The notes under the pieces are model-generated. The model worked only from the letters and a program-made list of their open reading frames with translations. It did no database searches and was not told the origin of the DNA. 64,000 nt of DNA from Octopus vulgaris (Eukaryota), in contig OX597818.1 of the NCBI GenBank assembly GCA_951406725.2, positions 116,498,001 through 116,562,000 on the forward strand, read 5' to 3'. This document shows, one piece after another, positions 14,622-29,540 of the stretch (positions within the stretch are counted from its first letter, which is position 1; every line of letters begins with the position of its first letter). The position numbers and the translations under genes are program-made.

Positions 14622-15923
14622 TTGGATCATCCCATAAATAATGCGTTTTTTATACTTCTTTTATTTATCAAAATTAAGATAAAAGTCTTTTTAAATCTTA
14701 TATATATTCTCTATCATTTTCTATAATGCTCTTCAATCTAGTTGGTATATCTTTCTTTATGAGTTCAGTAGAGGCTCCTCTTCCAAAATTCAATTGTCCG
14801 TGACAAAAAATACTCCACCAGTACTGTTCTCACCTCGTCTATAGAATTCATATTTTTTCCGTACAAATGATTATGAAGACTGCGGAACAAATGACAAAGG
14901 GATGAGGCAATGTCCGGTGAATATTGTGGCTGGGGCATCGTTTGCCATTGGAAAGCACCAGCCATTGGAATGTCATCCTTGCTGTATGTGGCCAAGCATT
15001 ATCCTGATGGAAGAATACCTTTCGTCTTGAAACCAAAGATGGTCGTTTTTCTTCTAGCTCTGACTTAAGCTGCTCAAACTGCTCGCGTGAGATCTCCTTT
15101 GTTATCGTTTGGTTTAGGTTTTAAAGTTCAAAGTAGACTAAACCTTTCATATCCCACCAAACCGATAATAATAATTTACGTGGGTGAAGACCTTCTTTAG
15201 CCTGGGTTGCCAGTGTTTCTCCTTTACTTACCCGCTTGTTTCAGGGCTTGACATTTTGTATAGAGAACCTATTTCTCGTCACCAGACACTATTCGATCCC
15301 CAAAAAGTTCATTCGTGAGACATAGCAACAAAGAACAGAATTTCACACTCTGTGTGCAATTAGACTGGGAAAGTTTGTGAAGAATCCATTGACGCAATTT
15401 GCTGACTTTTCCGATGGCACCCGGGTGTCGATAAATGGCTGAAAGACCGAATCCAAGCTTCTCTGCTAGTTTCTCAACAGTTACGACGAGATTTTGTCCC
15501 GCCAGGGTTTGCAGGATGTCCTCGTCGAGTTCTATAGATCTTCTAGGACGATGCTCGTCTTTTAGGCTATAGTTTCCGGCTCGGAATTTCTGGAACCACC
15601 GTTAACATTGGCTTACACTTATTGTCATATCCCCATATACTACATTAATATTCCTTGCACTTTCCGTTGCATTATTGCATTTTTATAACTCATAAAGCAA
15701 TATATACCGAATATGCTCCTGAATTACTTCTATTGCAGCTTAGAAAAAATATCTGCTAAAATCGAACTGCACTCTTTAAAACTTGCACTAAGAATAAATA
15801 CAAAGTAAAATTACTACCTGCTTTAATAGCAAATTGATGCAGGTATTTTGTCCCCTCCCGTTCCGACTTTTAGCTTTTAGTTCATACAAATGAAAAAACC
15901 GTATTATTTATGGGATGACCTTA
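14622..15923 (-). mobile_element. Mariner DNA transposon, decayed transposase
   Basis: TIRs TTGGATCATCCCATAAATAATGCG / CCGTATTATTTATGGGATGACCTTA with flanking TA; length 1.3 kb; motifs IVSGDEK, FHQDNAWPH, PQYSPDIAS with stops and frameshifts. Confidence 0.92.
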
Positions 15924-16519
15924 TATATATATATATATATATATACATGTGTGTGTAAGCAAATATGTATATGTATATAAATATATGCATTACCCATTTC
16001 AACGTTTTTGAGTATAGTCCATTACGTATTAATATCTATTTTGATGTGGTGTATTAATTATTTTTCCATTTGTTTTGTTACATATTGAGCGTACGAACAC
16101 TGACAAAGCTTGAGATAAATAAGGAGCTACATGGTAAGCACTCAGGCATCATAAAGAGTTGAACTTCATGTGGCTTTGTTATGAGTCCCCGGTGCAAAAT
16201 ATCTTACAGGGGCTGAAACTGAGTAGGGGAAAAGAATATCTAAGATTATTCTAAGTAAAAGCTGTTAGGTTCAATTAAGTGATTGTATAAATTTGCAGCA
16301 TTTCTTTGGATACTCTTCAGAGTGGCGACAATTGGTCAAGAAATGTGATCTGGCATTTAGTTGTCCATTCATTGTTGTAACATTCTTGAGGACGACAAAA
16401 GATTTAGTTATATACGCTCCCAATTTTCTGCACCACTTCTAAATTTTCTGCTCTATTGAGAATATTTCACTTTCATAGCCAATGTTGTAGTCTGTAATTT
16501 CAATAACAAGACATATTCA

Positions 16520-17090
16520 AACTCTTTATTTTGATGTGGTGTGAAAGAAAGAAAGTTGTAAATATAGTCGAGCTAACGGTTCCTCATGAAGATAATATGG
16601 ACGCCGCTCGGGCTCGAAAATTGAACCATTATGTAAACCTCCTCGAGGAATGTGAAGACGCAGGCTGGAAAGCGGAACATTTTCCTATCGAAGTCGGATG
16701 TAGAGGATTTGTTGGACACAGCGTGAGACGACTGTTGTTATCGCTAGTCCTAACTCATCGTAAAGTCAATACCACCATGACTGATATCCAATCTACAGTG
16801 GAGAAGGCTAGCCACTGGATTTGGTTAAAAAGAGACGATGAGCGATGGCTAGAAGGATATTTAGTTTAACTTTATAACCAGCTGATCTAGCAAGCGGGGC
16901 TTCATATCAGTGAGGGGGGGGGGGGTGCGCATTGATGCTGTCGAGAGGTAGGCCCCAAAACGGCGCGCATTCTCTCCCGATGACCCCATACACTTGCTGG
17001 TTTCCGGTATACGGAGCTTTTGACTGGTAGCACTTGCATGTGCAAGTTGTTTGCAAGACATGTAATGATTTATCTTGAACTTGTAACAAA
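16520..17090 (+). mobile_element. Hero/NeSL-like RLE LINE 3' fragment
   Basis: ORF 16531-16869 IVELTVPHE..K..HY..L..PIEVGCRGF...ASHWIWLKR, followed by a GC-rich 3' UTR. Confidence 0.85.
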
Positions 17091-17327
17091 TATCATGTAG
17101 TTTACCTTTTGAGTTTCACCCTATACAATGATGCCTGGTCAGTTTGTATCGTTGATAAGTGATTGAGCGTTGAATAATGAGAGACGCCTGCATATTTCCG
17201 TTTATGCGGGTAAACGCAGTTACTACAGATGTTTTGCGTCTGTACGAAGTTTCTTTATGTTTTAATAACGGAATAAAGTTGTTTTAAAGTTTACTTGTAT
17301 TAAGTAAATTTCGGTTAATGAAGAATT

Positions 17328-17558
17328 CTTTTATTCTTTTATTTGTTTCAGTCATTTGACTGTGGCTATGCTGGAGCACCGCCTTTAGTCGAGCAAATCG
17401 ACCCCATGACTTATTGTTTGTAAACCTAGTAGTAATTATTCTATCGGTTGCTCTTGCCGAACCGCTAAGTGAAGAGGACATAAACACACTAGCATCGGTT
17501 GTCAAGCGATTTTGGGGGACAAATACAGACACACAAACATATACACACACATATATAT

Positions 17559-17612
<54 letters not shown>

Positions 17613-17775
17613 GACGGGCTTCTTTCAGTTTCCGTCAACCAAATCCACTCACAAGGCTTTTGTCGGCTTGTGGCTATAGAAGAAGACACTTTCCTAAAGT
17701 GCCACGCAGGGGGACTGAACCCGGAACCATGTGGTTGGTAAGCAAGCTACTTACCAAAGAGCCACTCCTACGCCT
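17328..17775 (-). mobile_element. SINE family B, full length
   Basis: Reverse complement of the family B pattern, including the internal (TA)n. Confidence 0.88.
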
Positions 17776-18104
17776 ATGTTTATACTTTCCTTTAATTAAA
17801 TTAGAAAGTTTTTAACAATATTAGACTTAACATTTGCCAAGAAAGTAATTATGAAACAGATAATAATACTGCAGATTTATTTACTGTTAGATAAACGAAG
17901 TGTTATGTAAATGTATATCCTCATTCTTTAATCTGCTATCAGTTAGAGTTTTATTGTGTAATAAAGCAAGCTGCATAGCTTCATACACACACATAAACAG
18001 AAAATGTGATCACAGACACACACGCGCACACACGAATTCACATACATATGCTTGGTGCATAGAGTATACACGTCCATGATAGCTTCATACACCCATGCGC
18101 CTTT

Positions 18105-18137
<33 letters not shown>

Positions 18138-18503
18138 TCTGATAGCTTCATACACGCAAACATCAGATAGGTTCAGATTGATGCACACGGCTCTACATAC
18201 GTATACACAAGCATAAACATGCGACGTATATACATATAAATTGTTTCATACAAACACTCGTACTTGTTCTTACACACATGCACATACACTCGCGCACGCC
18301 CACTCACAAGTAAACACACACAATTGCTCCATACCCACCTACTGGCAAACAAACATGCATATACACACTCACGAACGCCTGTACACACACACATCACCAC
18401 CCACACCTCAAGCCATGTTCCTCTTCCAGTTCTTTCAGTATGTGGTTACCGTCTAAATGAGATAGGTTTTTGTTTTCCATTCCTCTCTTCTTCTCTCATC
18501 TTT

Positions 18504-18541
18504 TCTTTCTGTAGAAGAACATAGGTTCGAAGCGTTAAATA
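18504..18541 (+). ncRNA. Variant hammerhead (CUGUNGA family), decayed
   Basis: TCTTT CTGTAGA A GAAC-ATAG-GTTC GAAG CG TT AAATA. Confidence 0.5.
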
Positions 18542-18637
18542 CCTCTACCAATTTTCCTCAGCGTCAACTTTATACACTATATGTATTCTTTTACCTCATC
18601 TCGAATTTCTTGTCTTTGTACTATGTATATATATATA

Positions 18638-21322
18638 TATCAAACTAAAGTTATAGAACAAACAAATGCAAGATCATCCAATAACATTTCATAACTCGAA
18701 CATTTAATCATAGAATATACATTTAGACATCACGGAAGATGGAATATAATTCATCTGTACAAGCATATAAGAAAGTGCGAGAAAAAATGTTTGAATATAT
18801 GTGAATACAGTTCATCACGGTTAAAAGTTAATACTTTAGCGATTAAGAAAAAAAAAAATTTTTTTAAACCATTACAACACTTAGAAGGTAAAACGTAAAA
18901 ATATAGTATAAAGTAATATATAAATACATAGGTATATACAATATATAAAAATATATAAATATAGGAAGCAAATAAAAATATATAATATATAATGTAAAAT
19001 AAAATAAATGTTCATCGTTTAGAAAATCTTATAAAATTACTTATCGAATAAGAGAGGCCTTATAGTTAAAAAAGAGGAAACCATATTTACTAAATTCCCT
19101 ATGGCCATTTCGGGGGTATATTATTGTGTTTAAAGCACTAGGGTGCATCACGCTAATAACTCCTTCGTCAGGAGAAAAAATAGAGAGACAGACATCATCG
19201 CGTAGCAAGCTTAACACAATATTGTATGTTTTCTTATTGAAGCAGTCATGCTCAGACGAGCCCAGAAGAAAGAATTAAAGCAGTAAAAAAATTTATTTTA
19301 TATAAAGCAGTAGAAAAATAAAGCAGTAAAAAAAAAAAAAAAATAAAATGGGTGTATTAAATTAAATTAAATTAAATTAAATTAAATTAAATTGAACCTC
19401 CGTGGTTTCAAACCCTATAAGATCTAAACTATTTATTTTCTACGACTTATTTTATTTCTATACATTTTCAAAAATGTAGAAGAAAATTTATGGATGCAAA
19501 AGGGAATCACATCAGTAAATTTATTCAAAATGTGCGGTCCATAACACCTAAGGATGGTAAGGGATTCCCTTATGCACAGATTACACCTCTTAATATTTCC
19601 CTTGAAATTTGGGGTTTTAGAGATAATGGACCATTCTAGATAATAATTCTTATTATTTTTCTTTAAATTGTGTATATGGGATGCAAGTGTTGTAGAATTA
19701 CAGTATTTATTGATAGAAAAAGAGCTCATATGTGATCTATATCTAGCCTTAAAATCTACTGTGCTACCTGTATAAAATTTATTTAACCTATCCTCGTCCT
19801 TGACTACACATTTATATATAACGTTAGTAACTAGACAGGAACCATCTAAAGGGCATAATTCGGGGTTTCTACAATTACATTTCTTTCCGGGGCCTTTCCT
19901 AGTTTTATTTCTATTGTTATCTTTACATTTTGTGTCTCCAGTTCTAGGACAAGTTTCCCTCTTTCATTCCATCAAATCTTCCCTTATTACATGGGTTCGA
20001 TAGATCCCGTAAAGGCAGACTGCTTGTAGCATTGGCATTAGGCGTTACAAAATTATTATACGCAGTTCCTTGGTCATCCTCAAAAGAACTTTTCCAGCTA
20101 TTCCGCCCAGAAATAGCTTGCTTCTATTGATTGATGCAATAATCGAAGCAATAATCGAAGCAAAGTTAGGCATTACAGAGTAAGAGAACTTAATCGCTGA
20201 TTTGTTGCAAATGCTATAGTATTTATGATTCTTTGGGAAGTTCTCCTTCAGAATTCTAAAAAACATTTTTGGTAAGTTCTTTACTCTAAGGGAGAAAGGG
20301 GGAGCGAACCAAACAACTTCCCTTATTCTAGATCGTGAATCTCCTGTTTTGTTTAACTCCTTGTCAAAATTATTAATTTTCTTATACCTGTACCTATTGC
20401 GAGTATCCCTAAACACATTACTACCCAAGGGCCTCCTATTATTGCAGTTGGGGGGTACACTGCATGTATTCATAGTATTTGTGACGTGCTTAAATGGCAA
20501 ACCAGCCATTTTGTTTTTGAGTCTAGTATTAAGGATATAAAATATTTTAGATTTGAAACCACTTAATCTTAGGGCATTATTATACACCGGTGCATGCTGT
20601 TCAAAATATTTTCATTCGCAGATAAGTTAGATATTCTAGTTGAAATCGCCGTAACGATGCTGTCTATTGTGAATTTTGGGTGATTGGATGATACATTAAT
20701 ATATGATATTGAATTATTAGGCTTACGAAAGGGATAATAGAGACCGGTATTTAGACACAAGGTAACATCCAAAAAGTTTACCACCCTAGAATTAATGTTG
20801 AAGATAATGTCAAGATTAAAAAAGTCCCTCAAGAAGCTTCTCAGCGATTTCTTTAATATGTTTAATTCCGTCTTCGAGAGGCCCAGCACGGCAAAAAGGG
20901 CATCATCTTATTCGATAAGTAATTTTATAAGATTTTTTGAACGATGAACCTTTATTTTATTTTACATTATATATTATATATTTTTATTTGCTTCCTATAT
21001 TTATATATTTTTATATATTTTTATATACCTATATATTTATATATTACTTTATACTATATTTTTACGTTTTACCTTCTAGGTGTTGTAATGGTTTAAAAAA
21101 AAATATTTTTCTTAATCGCTAAAAGTATTAACTTTTAACCGTGATGAACTGTATTCACATATATTCAACATTTTTTCTTGCACTTTCTTATATGCTTGTA
21201 CAGATGAATTATATTCCATCTTCCGTGATGTCTAAATGTATATTCTATGATTAAATGTTCGAGTTATGAAATGTTATTGGATGACCTTGCATTTGTTTGT
21301 TCTATAACTTTAGTTTGATATA
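18638..21322 (-). mobile_element. Penelope-like retroelement (Neptune-type), 5'-truncated, with inverted pseudo-LTR
   Basis: RT C-terminus VNFLDVTL..FRKPN..YINVSSNHP (20569-20889); WFAPPFS linker; Cys-rich CPLDGSC plus GIY-YIG (VIYKC..FYTGST..FKARYRSH..CNLCIRE) at 19433-19880; 18638-19052 repeated inverted at 20907-21322. Confidence 0.92.
19095..19176 (-). ncRNA. Hammerhead ribozyme in the Penelope pseudo-LTR
   Basis: TTCTC CTGACGA A GGAGTTATT...AATAATATACCCCC GAAA TGGCCA TA GGGAA; palindromic stem III. Confidence 0.8.
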
Positions 21323-21427
21323 TTTGTCTCATTCAATTGAGCACTTTTATAGCAGTCCTATTCAACATTTTGTTCCTAATAAGAAACAATCACTGTATTA
21401 TTGATATATATATATATACATACACAC

Positions 21428-21506
<79 letters not shown>

Positions 21507-21509
21507 TAT

Positions 21510-21646
21510 AGGCGCAGAAGTGGTTGTGTGGTAAGTAGCTTGTTTACCAGCTACATGGTTGTGGGTTCATTCCCACTGCGTGGCATCTTCGGCAAGTGTC
21601 TTCTAGTATAGTTTCGGGCCGAAGTGGATACTGAAAGAAACCCGTC

Positions 21647-21727
<81 letters not shown>

Positions 21728-21905
21728 CGCGTATATGTTTGCGTGTCTGTGTTTGTCTCCCAACATCGCTTGATAACCGATAGCAAAAGAGACCGATAAA
21801 ATAAGTACTAGGCCTCCAAAGAATAAGTCCTGGGATCGATTTGCTCGACTATATGGCGATGCTTCAGCATTGGAAGCAGTCAAATGACTGAAACATGTAA
21901 AAGAG
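21510..21905 (+). mobile_element. SINE family B with internal deletions
   Basis: GGCGCAGAAGTGGTTGTGTGGTAAGTAGC..GGTTCATTCCC head, (TA)n, 3' GCAGTCAAATGACTGAAAC. Confidence 0.85.
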
Positions 21906-21930
21906 TATATATGTACACATACACACACAT

Positions 21931-21969
<39 letters not shown>

Positions 21970-21983
21970 AATACGCACACATG

Positions 21984-22021
<38 letters not shown>

Positions 22022-23215
22022 AATACGCACACACGTTCACACACACAAATACACACAGATGTATCGTATATAATGTATATATATCTAGGTAGACGATGAG
22101 TAGATACTTTAAAAGAGAAGGGTATAATTCTAAAATATCGCATTGTATAAAATTGGATTTATTCATACTCTCCGAGTTATTAAACTAGATAATGATGTTC
22201 CTACTGTTATTCCATTGCTAGAGAATAGTTACTTTCTTAATCTTATCGTCAATATTATTTTCTAATTATATGATTATGAATTTTTTTCAGGATCGCTTTC
22301 TTACATTTAGCATTATCGGGTACTAATCTAGTATTCCAGATATGAAACTTCCAGTTTTGAAATATTGTCTTGTATATCGTATGCATTATATTGTGTATAT
22401 AAAACAAGAATATTTGTTCATGTAAAAATTTATCATATGATTCAATTTCATTGTGATATTTTATATATGCTTACACACATTTAAGTGTGTATGCATGTAT
22501 ATGAATATGCATACATATTCATATATAGTGTCACATACGCGTATGAGTATACAAGCATAGAAGTATACAAGAATATGCATGTTTGTATATTGAGTATAAA
22601 CAGTACGTACACAATCATATTGTGATATAAATTGAATGACAAGAGGAAATATATCAGTATACAAGAATTAAAATAAATACTTCTATTCTATGGGGAATAT
22701 AATAATGTTTGCGATAAGAATTATATTGCGTAAATATAATGGGAACATTTTCTTCAGCAAAAGATTCAAATTTCATGGCGACAACAGATAAATATTAAAA
22801 ATTGAGTAAACGTAATGACACGTGCAAAGTAACTCATATTACGTAAATGATACAAATATAACCTCTATATATTTTTCCATTTTTATGGATCCGTGTATTT
22901 GGAGGAATTGATTTCATGAAAAAGATGTATACGCATCTCGGCTGTTGTTGGTAGCTATCACATGGATTGGCATTTTTGTGGTTGGCGCCACATGTTTTAG
23001 AAGCGCATGGATCTAAGATTGTTACTTGACACCTTGAGGCAACTCAAATACCATTTGGTGAATTTTATTTCAATCGGAACCTTAAAAGCTAAATCTTCAT
23101 GAATCTTCATAAGCGTAGGAGTGGCTGTATGGTAAGTAGCTTGCTTACCAACCACACGGTTCTGGGTTCATTCCCACTGCGTAGCACCTCCGGCAAGTGT
23201 CTTCTATATATATAC

Positions 23216-23591
<376 letters not shown>

Positions 23592-23981
23592 CGCATTTCT
23601 GCCAGCTCACCGCCTTGTATGTAGAGGCATGCATTTATACACCTGATGCACATCCATATATCGTCTTGCATCCACACCAACATAGGTTTGCACACACTCA
23701 TGTACGTGTGTACGCATGCGTGCAGGCCATTTATACTCAATTAGATGTAACTCTATGTAACTATATATTCAAACGCATTCCAGAATAATATTTTATGCTA
23801 AGTGCTGATGAAGCTGACACTCGCCTGCTGTTGCAGAATTTCTCATAATGCCAACAGGCAACATCTGATGAATGCGATTATGAAATTTCTGTTAGTTTGT
23901 CATGCATTCAACAATCAATATCAAGGTCTGTATTGATGCCCCTAGTGTAAATAGGGGTCTGTTAATAATAAATGTAAAATA

Positions 23982-24017
23982 CCCCTTCGCCAAAGCGAAG
24001 GGGCACTGTGCGACTAG
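23982..24017 (+). mobile_element. Helitron-type 3' terminus
   Basis: CCCCTTCGC-CAAA-GCGAAGGGG 9-bp hairpin, 10 nt, then CTAG|T. Confidence 0.6.
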
Positions 24018-24053
24018 TTATATAGTCTGCAATATTTAATCAGAATATATGCG

Positions 24054-24116
<63 letters not shown>

Positions 24117-24216
24117 CATACATACATATATATATGTATAAAAGAATGAATTTTATTTTTATATACGTATGTTCTCATCTTATGTCTCTCGGGTTGTGTT
24201 AAAGAAACTTATTTCC

Positions 24217-24272
<56 letters not shown>

Positions 24273-24872
24273 GTGTAGTAATAATGGTTGAAAATAAGGA
24301 TGTATATATATTACATGGTTTCACTTAGTATCGTTCACCTAATAATCAATACTGCGTTTGTGTTGGCATAATTTCCATTTTGGAATCATATAAGTAGAAA
24401 TAGTAGATAAATAATTATAAGGAATTTCATATTCAATACTTTATACCACTTCATGAATTTCGATCAATAATTACATTAAAAAGTATCAAATGTCATATTA
24501 AAAAAACCAATTAAACTAGGAGAGGAAAAAGCTGCCGATAGCTGCAATGAAATTTAAGGCAAACTTGTATAGCGACAGGCAAAGATTTTTTCAATGAAGT
24601 TATACAAGGAATATAGTAAATGTTACTAATGGAAAGGATTTTTTCAATAAAATAGTATTTAATTTTTATGTATGCTTAATCTATAATTTCATATTTACTT
24701 CTTCATGGCTCTGTTATCCATAGCTACGTCGATTTGTCTGCGTTTCTTTCTCTAACTTTTGTAGACATATTCATTACATGACACAATGATAGACATAATG
24801 TCTACAGTTAGATGTAGGTCACAATATATATATTGCAAAATGTATTTAAATATCTACGTGCGTTTATATATA

Positions 24873-24941
<69 letters not shown>

Positions 24942-25190
24942 ATAGGAGTGGATGTGTGGTAATAAGATTGCTTCCCAATCACATGAGTCCGGGTTCAGTC
25001 CCATTGCGTGACACTTTGGACAGGTGTCTTCTACTATACACTCGGGACGACCAAAGCCTTGTGAGTGGAGTTGGTAGGCGGAAACTGAACGAAGTCCCTT
25101 GTATATATATATATATATGTATGTGTGTGTATGTGTGTGTGTGTATGTATTTCTGTAAGTGTGCCTGTGTGTGTAGAAAGATAAAGAATA

Positions 25191-25234
<44 letters not shown>

Positions 25235-25280
25235 ATATAAATATGTGAGACTATGTAGTGTACGCATACTTATATATATT

Positions 25281-25326
<46 letters not shown>

Positions 25327-25457
25327 TACACACACACATATACATATATATACACGCATACACACACTTACATATCACTGCACATTTGCAATGACATATG
25401 AACAGGGATATATGTACGTACACAGACACATATACATACATACAGATATATATATAT

Positions 25458-25643
25458 ATATAATATGTGACAATTATTCGGTAGCCAAGATAAAACTCTG
25501 AGTTTCGGATGCCGAGGTGGAAATCCACACCATCATCTCTTCAGTTATTCGGCCATAACTGAAGATGGTGGTGTGGATTTCCACCTCGGCATCCGAAACT
25601 CAGGGTTTTGTTTTGGCTACCGAATAATCGTCACATATTATAT
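25458..25643. mobile_element. Fold-back element with back-to-back hammerheads
   Basis: Arms 25458-25548 and 25555-25643 with a 6-nt loop. HHR 25490-25548(-): ATAA CTGAAGA GATG..CATC C GAAA CTC-A-GAG TT TTAT. Second HHR at 25555-25611(+). Confidence 0.85.
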
Positions 25644-25713
25644 TTACAGACAAATTCCACTATTTACATAATATTGAGGTTTCTTTCTTTCTTTTGTTAT
25701 CTTACCGTTTTTG

Positions 25714-25776
<63 letters not shown>

Positions 25777-25852
25777 AAATATTAGGGAATAAATCCAAAT
25801 TTACAGGGAAAAAATCAGATTTAGGATTAAATCCAATTTTATAGTAAAATAT

Positions 25853-26025
25853 TATAAAATATTATTAGAGACAAAACCACTATTTTGCAAAACAAACAAG
25901 GAAAGACTTAATCAATACATAAAATTTTAATAAACCCTGACTATTTATTAAAATTTTATGTATTGATTAAGTCTTTCCTTGTTTGTTTTGCAAAATAGTG
26001 GTTTTGTCTCTAATAATATTTTATA
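25853..26025. repeat. Perfect 82-bp inverted repeat, 9-nt loop
   Basis: 25853-25934 versus 25944-26025; loop CCCTGACTA. Confidence 0.92.
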
Positions 26026-26228
26026 TATATATATATATATATACTTTACAAGATAAGGGCAGAAGAAAAAATTCTGATGCCAGATACGCCGAAACAAAAA
26101 ATTGTCGATAACCATTAAATTTCTGCCCTTATCTTGTAAATTATGTATAAATTTTACCTTTAAAGGCATTTTTTGATATGCTGGCCATTGATAAAATTTT
26201 TTTCCCCAATAAAATTTTATCCTATATC

Positions 26229-26265
<37 letters not shown>

Positions 26266-26893
26266 CATATATATATTTCTGTAATCATACCATTTTCTCT
26301 CTCTGGCGGATTCTCACTATTACTGTCTGTCTTTCTCACTTATATAATGTACATGTGTGTGTGCGAGTGGGCGCATTTATATATATATATATACACACAA
26401 GCACACCCACACACCCACACACACATACACACGCACGCGCACACACACACATATATATATAAGCACGAACCTGACATATTACTCTATGCTCTGTCATACA
26501 TATATATTTTCGTTGTGATATATAAACTTAACACAGCAAGAACTTTAAATTGGTACCATTAAGCAGTAAAATTGTGATTCATCATAATATTCAATAAAAA
26601 CAGAATGATAAGAATTTTTCCTTTTAATAATGGAGTCTCATTAATAATCAGCGCAGATGTCAGAGGTTACAAACAATTCTTTTCAGCTGTTGTGCTGACT
26701 TGTCTTGGCACAAGAACAGTATTTATTACGATTTTCTGACTTAGATTTTCTTATTCCGTCTATGCGTAGACGTCGTCCGATTTAATGTGTTTAATTAACG
26801 GTAGAACAGACATACAAATACATACACACGCAGTAATAAATTTACTTATGTATTATGTATAGATTCATGTATATCTTTAAGCATATATATGCA

Positions 26894-26929
<36 letters not shown>

Positions 26930-27290
26930 AATATATAAATATGTAAATATATATTTATACATATCAATATATATATATACATATACACACACACACATAA
27001 AAGTATAATAGATGTATATATATATATATATATGTATGCATATAGTGTATATATAATATCTCTCTCTCTCTCTCTATATATATATATACATATATGCGAT
27101 GAGTTCCTTCAGTTTTCATCTACCAAATCCACTCACAAGGCTTTGGGAAGATTGTCCAAGTTGCTATGCTGCGGAACTGAGCCTGGAACAATGTGATTGG
27201 GAAGCAAGCTTCTTACCACTCAGCCACAGCCAAACCTGCACCTACAAAATATACATACATACATACATACATATGTATATATATATATAT

Positions 27291-27376
<86 letters not shown>

Positions 27377-27513
27377 ATTACACACATACATACACACATA
27401 CAAACATGTATGCATAGCCATATATTTATGAATGTACTATTTTTGTTAGGTATAGATGTTTAGGAATATAGTTACACGCGCACATATGCGTATATATTTA
27501 TATATCTGTATAT

Positions 27514-27584
<71 letters not shown>

Positions 27585-27589
27585 TACAT

Positions 27590-27621
<32 letters not shown>

Positions 27622-28097
27622 GTAGGCTTGTATGAACTTGCGTGTGTTTGTATATGTATATACACGTCTTTTAGATATATAAAAATAGAAATACAATTAT
27701 TCTCGAATATGAAAATTGCTATGAAAATATTTGTTATACGTTTTACCAATATTTTCAATATAAGTCCCATACGATTGGCAACGATACAAAGAACAATGGA
27801 GAGTGGGAGAAGGCGAGAGGTGAGGGTAGAGGGAGGAAAGGAAAGAGAAGAAGATTGAGGAAGAGAGGGACGACTTAAAGGAAACATATATGTAGATGGA
27901 GACGATGTTTTCATTATTTAGGTGTCATGTGGAAAACAAGTGTTGGCAACGATCTTTTTCTTCAGGACATAACTAAAATGTTTTGTTTCATTTTATATTC
28001 CTGATTTATGCTTTAAACGATACGTACATACAGACATACATAAACATATATTTATAGTTATAGATACATATAAATTTATGTGTCTATACATATGTAT

Positions 28098-28129
<32 letters not shown>

Positions 28130-28417
28130 GCTTAGAGATATATACATCCATATAAATATATATATATATGCATATATATACATGCATACATACATACATA
28201 CATGCATAAATATATATATGGATAGCCAGACAGATGTAGCTCCATATATATGAATATATATACACACTTATATACGTATTTATATACACATATATGTATT
28301 TATATATATGTATGTGTGTATGCGCGCGTGTGCGTGTGCGTGCGTCTGTGCGTGTGTGTATATATTCATATCTATGCATACATATATATATATATATTTA
28401 AATACAGATATATGTAT

Positions 28418-28488
<71 letters not shown>

Positions 28489-28507
28489 CACATATATATA
28501 TATATAC

Positions 28508-28555
<48 letters not shown>

Positions 28556-29099
28556 ATATATATATGTGTTTGTATATATATATGTATATATATATATATA
28601 AACATCGAGAGGGAGGGAATGAGAGAGAAGGGAGGGATAAAGAAGTGTGAACGGATCAGTATAGAATAAAAATAGAATCGTTTATTTTTTGGTAGCTAAA
28701 ACTCTATTTGGATAAAGGAAACGAATAAAACTAGACACAAGAAATGCAATTTTAAAGATTGAGAAGAAACCAAAGCTGTTTAATTTTCCAGATTTCCAAT
28801 GCTGTCAAATTACTTTACAATAAAACGAAACAATATTTTTGAACATTTCGATTTATAAGGTTTTTGTTTTAAAGTAAAACAACGTTACATGCATAGTGTA
28901 CAACGTAGATTGTTTTAGTATGTTTAACAGGTGTTATGAAACCCGAATAATTGATGAGATTTGTACGTGTTGACTTTGTCTGAAATAGTTTGCAATATTC
29001 CTTCATAAACTGACTTGTCGTTTTAAATTGAACACTGCCACGAATGAATTACATAATAGCTTCTAATATTTTGAACCCTTAATCAAGACGGTAATATAT

Positions 29100-29540
29100 T
29101 CTTTCCACAAGGCCCGAAATTTTGGGGAAAGGGGCCAGTCGATTAGATCGACACCAGTACGCAACTGGTACTTAATTTAGCTAATCCGAAACGATGAAAA
29201 GCAAAGTCGACCACGGCGAAATTTGAACGCAGAACGTAAAGACAGACGAAATACCACTAGCATTTCGTCCGGTATGCTAACGTTTCTGTTTGCACGCCAC
29301 CTTAAGGCGATAACATATTCTTTTCTACACTAGGCACACGGCCCGAAACTTTTGGGGAGGGGTCCAGTCGATTAGATTGACCCCTGTACGCAACTGGTTC
29401 TTAATTTATCGCCTCCGAAAGGATGAAAGGCAAAGTCGACCTCGGCGGAATTTGAACTCAGAACATAGCGGCAGACGAAATACCGCTAAACATTTCGCCC
29501 GGCGTGCTAACGTTCTTGCTAGCTCCCCGCCTTAAGGCGG
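29100..29540 (-). mobile_element. Two tandem SINE family A copies
   Basis: Core repeated twice; each head ends in CCTTAAGGCG on the plus strand. Confidence 0.88.

Noticed and set aside
16912-16980. HHR-like hairpin in the Hero 3' UTR
   Set aside because: Outer GC stem is present, but both core boxes deviate and stem II is unclear.
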